Shown one piece after another: positions 16,906 to 24,277 of a stretch of DNA of 61,856 nucleotides (its first letter is position 1; each line of letters opens with the position of its first letter). The stretch lies in assembly GCA_964628555.1 (NCBI GenBank), contig CAZVMD010000008.1, forward strand, positions 1 to 61,856, given 5' to 3'. Below the pieces are notes generated by a model, which worked only from the letters and a program-made list of their open reading frames with translations, was not told where the DNA came from and did no database searches. Position numbers and translations under genes: made by a program. This DNA comes from an uncultured Myxococcales bacterium. Lineage in GTDB: Bacteria > Myxococcota_A > Polyangia > Palsa-1104 > JAEUJZ01.

Positions 16906-18645
16906 CTACTCGGCCGCGCCCTCCGCAGAATCTGATTCCTCATCGTAACGAAGTTCGCTGCCGGGGAGAATCGCCACAATGTTGGGTTTTTGTCCGCGGC
17001 GACGCTGGAACACACTGCGGACGGCGCGGGTGAGGGCGCGGACGGCACTCTCGGGCAGCGCTCGCGTCAGGCTGGCTGGGTCGGGCAGGGTCGCGCGCAG
17101 CGCCAGGCTGGCGGCGGTGGCGGCCTCGGCGCAGAGAGCATCCAGGCCCGGGCCGGGATCACGGACGCCGAGGGCTCGCACCAGGACCCGTCCGCTGGCC
17201 AGCGGATCGAGTGCGATGGCCACCACCCCGGTGTAGGACAGTCGCTGGCGAGTGCGCAGGGTGTCAGATCCGGTCTCACCCACGGTGTGGCCATCGACGT
17301 AGATCGGCCGCGGCTCGATGTTGTCGCTGATCGCGATGTCGGCATCGAGGCAGATCACATCGCCGTTCTGCGGTCGCAGCGCTGGGATGCCAAGCTGCTC
17401 GGCCAGCGCGGCATGGGCATAGATCTGGCGCGGCGTTCCATGCACGGGCACCAGCACGCGCGGGCGGGCGGCGCGCAGCAGGGCCCGCAGATCCTCTTGG
17501 CTGCCGTGGCCCGAGACGGCGTAGGGCGCCCCGGTCAGCACTTCGATGTTGGCCCGCACCAGCCGATCGAGCAGCCGTCCGACGGGGCGCTCGTGCCCGG
17601 GGATGATGCGCGCGGCCAGCACGACGGTATCGCCAGCCGACAGACGCAGACCGCCATAGGCGGCTGGCTCGCTGCGATCGATCGCGGCAACCAGGCGGCC
17701 CAGCGCCGCTACTCGCTCGCCCTGTGTGCCGGTGCAGATCAGCACGACTTTCTCAGCCGGTAGAGCGGCGGCCTGCTCGGCTGCGATCAGCACATCTGCC
17801 GGCAGATCCATAAGGCCAGCCCGACCGGCTGCTGCCACGGCATCATGCAGCCCGCGCCCGACGAGACAGAGCTTGCGACCGGTCTGTCGGCAGGTGGCGG
17901 CCAGGCTGGTGATGCGCTCCAGATGGGAAGAGAACAGCGCGACAACGATGCGGCCGCGGCGCTGCGGATCGGCGAGCAGGGCGGCCAGGGCGCCCGTCGC
18001 TGACTTCTCCGCCGGCGTGCGCCCGGGAACTTGCGCATTGGTGCTATCGCCGACCACAGCATCGGCTGGGCGACGGGCCAGCTCAGCCCAGGCGAACTCG
18101 CCCATCTCGTCGAGCTTGAAGTCGCCAGTGTGCAGCACGCGCTGCGGCGGTGACTCCAGCGCATCGATCAGCAGCGCACAGCTCTCGGGGATCGAGTGCG
18201 GCATGGCGAGCGGCGTCACCTGCACGCGGGCTTGCTCGGGCTCGCTCGGGCCCTGCTCGGAAAAGTGCAGCGGCTGGTTCACGACAAAGGGCCGCAGATC
18301 GCGCAGCCGTGACGGCACCCCGAGCTTGTCGAGCCGCCTCTCGCACAGCCGCAGGGTCAGCGGCCGACCATAGACGGGCACGGCACGACCGACGTGCAGC
18401 AGCAGATAGCCCAGGGCGCCGATATGGTCCTCGTGGCCATGCGTGAGCAGCACCGCTGTTGGATCGCCATAGCGCGACAAGAGCGCGTCAAAGTCAGGCA
18501 GGATGTGGTCGATCCCCGGCGTCAGATCGTCGGGCATCTGAATGCCGCAGTCGGCGATAAGCAGCACGCCGGCCGAGACATACGCCGTCAGGTTCTTGCC
18601 AAACTCACCACAGCCACCGAGCGGAATCACAAGCATCGCGCGCAC
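16906..18645 (-). CDS. rnj: Ribonuclease J (metallo-beta-lactamase / beta-CASP)
   Basis: LLTHGHEDHIGALGYL (HxHxDH) with the N-terminal IPLGGCGEFGKN. Size is ~575 aa. GTG at 18645 and ATG at 18636 are both possible starts. Confidence 0.9.
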   Translation of the reverse strand: MRAMLVIPLGGCGEFGKNLTAYVSAGVLLIADCGIQMPDDLTPGIDHILPDFDALLSRYGDPTAVLLTHGHEDHIGALGYLLLHVGRAVPVYGRPLTLRLCERRLDKLGVPSRLRDLRPFVVNQPLHFSEQGPSEPEQARVQVTPLAMPHSIPESCALLIDALESPPQRVLHTGDFKLDEMGEFAWAELARRPADAVVGDSTNAQVPGRTPAEKSATGALAALLADPQRRGRIVVALFSSHLERITSLAATCRQTGRKLCLVGRGLHDAVAAAGRAGLMDLPADVLIAAEQAAALPAEKVVLICTGTQGERVAALGRLVAAIDRSEPAAYGGLRLSAGDTVVLAARIIPGHERPVGRLLDRLVRANIEVLTGAPYAVSGHGSQEDLRALLRAARPRVLVPVHGTPRQIYAHAALAEQLGIPALRPQNGDVICLDADIAISDNIEPRPIYVDGHTVGETGSDTLRTRQRLSYTGVVAIALDPLASGRVLVRALGVRDPGPGLDALCAEAATAASLALRATLPDPASLTRALPESAVRALTRAVRSVFQRRRGQKPNIVAILPGSELRYDEESDSAEGAAE

Positions 18646-18722
18646 CCTAACACCCGCTGCCGCCCGGTTGAAGGTCTGCTGTGCGGGGCTCGGCTGCGGC
18701 TGGTCTTAACTTGGCGAAGCAA

Positions 18723-18752
18723 TTGAGCAGCAGCGCAGATCTGCCCTATCCT
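18723..18752 (+). promoter_or_regulatory. Candidate sigma-70-type promoter for 18772 gene
   Basis: TTGAGC (18723-18728), 18-nt spacer, TATCCT (18747-18752). AGGAGG RBS at 18763-18768 and ATG at 18772. Confidence 0.3.
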
Positions 18753-18771
18753 GAGTTCCCTAGGAGGCAGG

Positions 18772-20325
18772 ATGAGCAACTATCTGACGCAAGGCGAGGC
18801 GGATCATCAGGCGTGGTCGGGCTACTGGTGGCCGATGCTGTCGAGTCGCGATCGTCCCGACTACCGCAACCTCTATAACGAAAACGGGCCGCTCGATAAG
18901 TACGACCGCTACTGCACGGCCCTGGGCCTGCCGAACCCTCGCTCGCGCGAGTTTGAGAACTGGCGCAACTTCGCCGACTCGCGCTTGGAGCAGGCCAGCG
19001 GCTACAAGGCCTTCTGGTGGGGGCACTGCAACGGCTGGGCGGCTGCTTCGGTGCTGGAGCTAGAGCCGACCGCCCCGCGCGAGGCTCGCGGGATTCGCTT
19101 TACCGTCGGTGATCAGAAAGGCCTGCTGACCGTCTGCCACAACGGCGATCCGGTCGATCTGATCCGCCGGCTGGGCTCGGATGACGCGCACGTGTTTCAC
19201 GCCGCGGTGCTGCAGTCGATCGGCAAGGATCGGCGCGGCCTGATCTTTGACACCAAGCTCGATCCCATCGATCCGCAGACCAAGAAGCCGGTGCGCGAGG
19301 TCTGGAACTACCCGGCCTATCGCTACGAGTGCAGCTACACCCCGCTCGGCGGCGACCAGTACGACGTGACCATGCAGCTGTGGTTTGCCGACGATGGCGT
19401 CATGCCTGACTTCGTCGGGACGCGCAACTGGCCGGAAGAAGACAAGCCGAAGGTCTACACCTATCGCATCCGCGGCGACAAGGCGAACCCGAGAAGCGGC
19501 AGCTGGACCGGGCGCTCGATCGGCGATCACCCCGATCTGGTGTGGCGGCCGCAGCCGCTCGCGGTGCAGAACGCTGCCGAGGAGCGCGATCCGGGATCGA
19601 GCCAAGAGAACCACGAGCAGTACTTCCACCCGACGCTGCGGGCCATCGTCTACACCGTGACCAAGGAGCAGCCGATTAGCGACTTTAGCAAGCTGCACAG
19701 CAAGCTGGCCAGCCTGGATCTGCACTGGGTCATCACGCCGGCCGAGGCCTCGGGTTATCCGCCGCCGATCGCGGTCGGCGACTTCTGGCGCTACCGCGTC
19801 GTGCACAAGGACACCATCGGCTACACCACGCGGCCGTTCATCCTGCACGTCGAGGTCGTCGGCTATCAGGGCGACGACTGGGTCTTTGAAGTGGGCGCCG
19901 TGCACCAGGGCGACATCATTCCCGAGCGGCACGTCATCTATGTCGACAAGAAGACGCGGCTGATCTCGGCCAACTCGCCCTGCGAAAACGGCTACGCCTA
20001 CACCTTGCGGCAGGACATCAAGACCGGCGCGTTTACGCGCAGCGACGATCCGGCGCTGTGGGAAAACAGCCCGCTGCGGCCGCTTTTGACCCAGATGCCC
20101 TATGCCTGGGATCGGGCCGGGCTAGAGCCGGTGACCAGCATCGGCCTGCCCGGGCTCGGCAGCGAGCCTGTACCCTCGCGGGCGCTGTCCACTGGGAACG
20201 GCCTGCAGTACTGGGCCGATCACACGGTCAGCCATCCCCGCGGCAACCTGCGCGGCATGTTCCTGATGGCCCGGCTCGATCGCGTCAGCGCCGAGCTGAC
20301 CGACTTCGGCCAGAAGGTGACCTAG
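18772..20325 (+). CDS. Hypothetical cytoplasmic-looking 517-aa protein with Cys motif WWGHCNGWAAAS (possible transglutaminase/cysteine-peptidase-like)
   Basis: Strong RBS and high GC3, with no signal peptide. Motifs WSGYWWPM, FWWGHCNGWAAASV and EVWNYPAYRYE. Confidence 0.7.
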   Translation: MSNYLTQGEADHQAWSGYWWPMLSSRDRPDYRNLYNENGPLDKYDRYCTALGLPNPRSREFENWRNFADSRLEQASGYKAFWWGHCNGWAAASVLELEPTAPREARGIRFTVGDQKGLLTVCHNGDPVDLIRRLGSDDAHVFHAAVLQSIGKDRRGLIFDTKLDPIDPQTKKPVREVWNYPAYRYECSYTPLGGDQYDVTMQLWFADDGVMPDFVGTRNWPEEDKPKVYTYRIRGDKANPRSGSWTGRSIGDHPDLVWRPQPLAVQNAAEERDPGSSQENHEQYFHPTLRAIVYTVTKEQPISDFSKLHSKLASLDLHWVITPAEASGYPPPIAVGDFWRYRVVHKDTIGYTTRPFILHVEVVGYQGDDWVFEVGAVHQGDIIPERHVIYVDKKTRLISANSPCENGYAYTLRQDIKTGAFTRSDDPALWENSPLRPLLTQMPYAWDRAGLEPVTSIGLPGLGSEPVPSRALSTGNGLQYWADHTVSHPRGNLRGMFLMARLDRVSAELTDFGQKVT

Positions 20326-20384
20326 GCCGGCTTCCCCCCCGCTCGCCTGACCTGGCGCTGCCCCACCTCTCGCCAGGGCCCCTC

Positions 20385-21014
20385 CTAATACTTCACAGAG
20401 CAGCCGTACGGCGGCGTGCTGGGCACGCTGACCGGCTTGCCGGCCATCGCTTCGCTCAGCGCCTGGGCGACGTAGTTCTTGGCTCCGGCGATGTCTGCCG
20501 GGTCAGCGGTCGGCTTGTCGTCGATGGCGCCAGCGTAAAGCAGCGTGCCCTGCGGGCTGATAACGAACATATGCGGCGTGGTCTTGGCACCGTACAGCCG
20601 GCCTAGCTCGCCCTTGGGATCGAGCAGGGTCGCCGTCGGGGCGGCGCTCGCCTGCTTCATATGGGCGCTGGCCGTCGCGCCATCGACGTGCCCCTGCTTG
20701 CCGGCGGCCGACGAGATGATGGCCAGCCACACCACCCCCTTGCCGGTCCAGTCCTTCTGCAGCTTGGGCAGGTTGCCGCTGCCGTAGTGCTTCTTCACAT
20801 AGGGGCAGTCATGGTTGTGCCACTCCAGCACGACGTACTTGCCTTTGAACTGGGCCAGCGAGACTGGCTTGCCCTGACTGTCGCTGGCCGTAAAGGCCGG
20901 TGCCGCCTCGCCGACCTTGGCCGCCTGGGCGGGGCGCAGCGAGAGCAAGAGCGGCGCCGACAGCAGGCCGCAGAGCAGAACGCGACGAGAGACCGTGAAG
21001 ACTGGGAACGTCAT
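20385..21014 (-). CDS. Periplasmic thioredoxin-fold redoxin (AhpC/TSA/TlpA-like)
   Basis: Signal peptide MTFPVFTVSRRVLLCGLLSAPLLLSLRPAQA. Thioredoxin-fold motif YVVLEWHNHDCPYVKKHY. Confidence 0.8.
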   Translation of the reverse strand: MTFPVFTVSRRVLLCGLLSAPLLLSLRPAQAAKVGEAAPAFTASDSQGKPVSLAQFKGKYVVLEWHNHDCPYVKKHYGSGNLPKLQKDWTGKGVVWLAIISSAAGKQGHVDGATASAHMKQASAAPTATLLDPKGELGRLYGAKTTPHMFVISPQGTLLYAGAIDDKPTADPADIAGAKNYVAQALSEAMAGKPVSVPSTPPYGCSVKY

Positions 21015-21388
21015 GAGCAGATCCTCCAGAGAAGGGGCCAGAAAGACTACGGGAACCTAGAGGCTGGTTAGCACTAGGTCAGCCCGAGAGCCAGCCCGAA
21101 CTAGGGGCGGCAGGCCCAGCCCAAGTCGAAGCCGCTGGGCTCCTGTCGGCTCGGGTCGGCGTGGGGCGGGGAGGGCGGATGTGGGGTGAGGATCCCGCTC
21201 GCGCGGACGGAACGGGCGGCGTTCTTTGCCGCTTTTGGTCGGCTCTTCGCTACCATGCTTAAGGTCGGTATTTCGCGGGCCGGGGTTCGTTTCTCGGTGG
21301 GGGGGCCGTTGCCAGACCAGCCGCTCCGCGCATCGCCTTGCCAGCGCGCCAGTGATCCCAGGCCAAAGTCGCTACCAGAGCCGCCGCG

Positions 21389-22549
21389 ATGAGCAAACTA
21401 CTGCGCCTCTTGTTCGTGTCCTTGTGCGTGGTCCTCTTCCCGCTGTGGGTGCAGGGCAAGCCCCGCGCGCCGCTGCACAAGGCGCCGCCAGTGGCCCCGG
21501 TGCCGGTGGTGCCGCCGCCAGTCTCGGTGGCCCCCGCGCCGCCGAGTCCGCCGCCACCGACCGTGCCGCCTGGGCCGGTCGTGCTGTGGGGCGTGCAGCG
21601 AGGCTGCGAGGTGGACGCGGAGCTCTCGCAGGCCCTGCGTCTGCAGCTTGAGGGGATGGGGGCCACGATCCAGGAGCTCGCTTTTGACTCCGGTCTGGCT
21701 CGCGCCTGCGTCGGGCCCGAGTGCCTTGACCTGTTGCGCAAGTCCTGCGCCGCTCCGCTGCCAGCGCAGGGCAGCGTGATCGGCGGTCATCTGGCGGTAC
21801 AAGAGACTGGCGCGATGCTGCTTGCATCGCTGCGTCTGTTTCGCACCGACTTCGCGGCTGGCCGAGCCGTGCGGAGCTTCTATCGCTACGACTACGTTGA
21901 GAAGGCCTGCAGCGGGGCTAGCTGTGGCGCCGCCCTGCGCGAGGCCCAGCAGGCCCTCCTTCTGCAGCTGCTCAGCGACGAACATCCCAGCAGCGATCTG
22001 CCCGCCGTGGTGCACAGCGCGGTGCCGCCGTACTGCATCGGCCACGACGACATGCGGCAGTTTCTCTGCAAGCCGCTGCCCATCCGCAGCACCTGCGTCA
22101 GCTTCGATAGCGGGCGCGACATGCGGCTGGCGGTGCGCTGTCCCTTCGGTCAGCAGGCCGTGGCCCTGCCGGTCAAGCCGGCCTGCAACTGCCAGGACGT
22201 CACCGGCTGTACCCTCGCCGAGCGCCAGGCCTGTGGCGCGGTCCGCGGGCCACTCCTGCGCCGAGTGGTCGGTGGATCGCTTCTGGCCGCCGGTGGTGCC
22301 TTCCTGCTTTCGGCCGCGCTCTTGACGATTAACGATACCCGGGCCGCCGTCCTATCGCGCAGCGTCAGCTGCAGCTATGGCGGTATCGAGCCCGAGCCCT
22401 GTCAGAGCCTGGCGGGCTCTCTGCCGACCACCTGGGTGATGGGGATCGGGCTGGTCGGAGGCGGGGTCGCCGTGCTGCTCGACCCGCTGCGCTTGTTCCG
22501 CGACCGTCCCGCGCCCCAGCCCCCCGCCAAAGAGCCGGCCAGCCCCTAA
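21389..22549 (+). CDS. Exported Pro-rich / Cys-rich protein with C-terminal two-TM hairpin
   Basis: Signal MSKLLRLLFVSLCVVLFPLWVQG, then a PxxP-rich linker and multiple Cys. The C-terminal helices LLRRVVGGSLLAAGGAFLLSAALL and TTWVMGIGLVGGGVAVLL flank a C-x9-C loop. Confidence 0.6.
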   Translation: MSKLLRLLFVSLCVVLFPLWVQGKPRAPLHKAPPVAPVPVVPPPVSVAPAPPSPPPPTVPPGPVVLWGVQRGCEVDAELSQALRLQLEGMGATIQELAFDSGLARACVGPECLDLLRKSCAAPLPAQGSVIGGHLAVQETGAMLLASLRLFRTDFAAGRAVRSFYRYDYVEKACSGASCGAALREAQQALLLQLLSDEHPSSDLPAVVHSAVPPYCIGHDDMRQFLCKPLPIRSTCVSFDSGRDMRLAVRCPFGQQAVALPVKPACNCQDVTGCTLAERQACGAVRGPLLRRVVGGSLLAAGGAFLLSAALLTINDTRAAVLSRSVSCSYGGIEPEPCQSLAGSLPTTWVMGIGLVGGGVAVLLDPLRLFRDRPAPQPPAKEPASP

Positions 22550-22695
22550 ATGGATTATTGGATAATGGGCAATTTATTTTAATACACAAGCGGAGTGTGT
22601 GCTAATTTGATGTCTGGTTGATATGAATATGTATAAGAGTCTATGTCTGTATTTATCTGAATTATCTATACATTAATCCAACCCCCTCCTAGCGC
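22550..22695 (+). promoter_or_regulatory. Very AT-rich intergenic island (promoter/regulatory region or MITE-like remnant) upstream of 22710 gene
   Basis: I counted 14 G+C in the 60 nt at 22621-22680. Imperfect inverted repeats tggattattgga (22551-22562) and tacattaatcca (22669-22680) bound the island. Internal direct repeats are ATGTCTG x2 and TTATCT x2. AAGGAG RBS at 22696-22701. Confidence 0.4.
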
Positions 22696-22709
22696 AAGGA
22701 GCATCGGCG

Positions 22710-24176
22710 ATGGCGAACTTAAACCTTGGAGGATGGCGACGCGGCGTGGCTGGCGGCCTGCTGGTCTGGTCTGCGGCCTGGCTGGGAGCCTGTCGCGGGG
22801 AGTGCGAGGTCAATGCCGCCTGTGAGCTGACGGGCCTGCGCATCAGTCCCTCGACGGTGACCATCCAGCGCGATCGCACGCTCAGCTCTGAGCGGCTGAC
22901 CGTTACCTTGGATGGGGCTTGGCCGTACTTCGAGCACAGCCTGCACGGTCAGCTGGAGCTCAAGGACGCCAGCCTTAGCGCCATCTCGATCCCGCTGGAG
23001 CCGCTGCCCAGCGGGCAAGCGAGCGGCTCGTATACGCCAAGCCTGAGTCCCCTTTTGGCGCGCAATCTGGTGGCCGGCCAGAGCTACGTCTTCCGGTTCG
23101 ACATGCGCCACCAGAACCGACCGCTGGGCAGCCCGCCAGCGGGTGCAGATCTGACGGTCACGGTGCAGTCAGCACCCAGCCTGATGTTCGCTCCCGCGGC
23201 CACGAGTCCGCTCACGTTCAATACCGCCGCCGGATCGACGCTGCCGAGCGTGCGCGGCGTCTGGGTCGGACAGGCCGGGACGCCACAGGCCGAGATCCTA
23301 CTGCTGCGCGACTACACCAACGCCGGCGGCATGCGGCGCAGCGAGGTCAGTCGCAGCGGCGGCACCGTCACCAGCTGGGTCGACGGGGCGCAGACGCCAT
23401 CGCCGTTCGGCCTGTGGGGCTTCGGCGGGACCAGCGATCAGAGCCGCGCGGCGTACTTGATTCAGACCGGCGAGGCGACGATGAACTACACGCTGTTCAC
23501 CGGCCTCACCCGCGATAGCATCGGCGAGTCGCGCGGTGCCATCAGCAGCCTACCGACGCCGCAGATGGCCATGGCGCTGGCGCAAGTGAAGTCGACCTTC
23601 GGCCTGCTGATCCAGACTGGCACCGACCTGCGCTCGTTTGTCAGTCAGTTCGGTCAGGTGCCGGCACTGCGGGCCATCGTCAACCTGCCGGCTGGCTTTC
23701 CGGCGCTCAGCCTGCTGTCGGCCTTCGCTGACAGTCCCGACGGAAACGGCGCGGGCGTCTTGGCCGCGACCGCCCAGGGCGAGCCAGCGCTGTTCGTGTT
23801 CGACGGCAGCAACTTTGTCTACTCCGAAGACCGCTCGCGCGAGCTGGGCAAGCTGATTGGCTACAAGGCCACCGCGCCGCTGCCGATCCCCGCCTGGGCC
23901 ATCGGCGATCTGGATGGCGATGGGGCCAACGACCTAGCGATTGCGCGCAGCGGCAAGGTCGAGTTCTACCTGGGCAGTGGCAGCGGCAGCGGCAGCGGCT
24001 TCGTGCGCTCACCTTCGGACCTGACGCTGCCTGGCACACTGACGCCGGCCGCCCTGGCGATTGGCCAGGTCGATGGCTCAGGCCGAAACGATCTGCTCAT
24101 CGCCGAAGCCAGCAAGCAGACCTGCGGCGCCAGCGACTGTCACCAGGTGCATATCTACCTGGGCCAGATGCCATAG
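22710..24176 (+). CDS. FG-GAP/VCBS-repeat lipoprotein
   Basis: Lipobox AAWLGAC. FG-GAP Ca-binding-like units WAIGDLDGDGANDLAIARSGKVEFY and IGQVDGSGRNDLLIAEAS. Confidence 0.8.
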   Translation: MANLNLGGWRRGVAGGLLVWSAAWLGACRGECEVNAACELTGLRISPSTVTIQRDRTLSSERLTVTLDGAWPYFEHSLHGQLELKDASLSAISIPLEPLPSGQASGSYTPSLSPLLARNLVAGQSYVFRFDMRHQNRPLGSPPAGADLTVTVQSAPSLMFAPAATSPLTFNTAAGSTLPSVRGVWVGQAGTPQAEILLLRDYTNAGGMRRSEVSRSGGTVTSWVDGAQTPSPFGLWGFGGTSDQSRAAYLIQTGEATMNYTLFTGLTRDSIGESRGAISSLPTPQMAMALAQVKSTFGLLIQTGTDLRSFVSQFGQVPALRAIVNLPAGFPALSLLSAFADSPDGNGAGVLAATAQGEPALFVFDGSNFVYSEDRSRELGKLIGYKATAPLPIPAWAIGDLDGDGANDLAIARSGKVEFYLGSGSGSGSGFVRSPSDLTLPGTLTPAALAIGQVDGSGRNDLLIAEASKQTCGASDCHQVHIYLGQMP

Positions 24177-24277
24177 CGGCCGGCGCGCAGCGGCAGCCGG
24201 CGAGCTGCAAGCTAGCGGCGGGCTGGCGGTGGTTTTCGAGCCCCCATCGCCGATCGGCTTCGCGGTATGATGGCGAG

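Noticed and set aside
16869-17048. N-terminal extension of the vWA ORF, and similar ORF-track extensions at 2336-2494, 6793-6894, 27081-27161, 31154-31279, 34105-34143, 46988-47059 and 48543-48680
   Set aside because: These extensions overlap the upstream gene or lack coding character. Internal starts give a signal peptide or lipobox at the N-terminus and/or an RBS or translational-coupling overlap.
24177-24210. GCCGGC...GCCGGC hairpin after the FG-GAP gene as a terminator
   Set aside because: The stem is only 6 bp and there is no T-run. Such palindromes are frequent in GC-rich DNA, and the downstream TPR gene may be co-transcribed.
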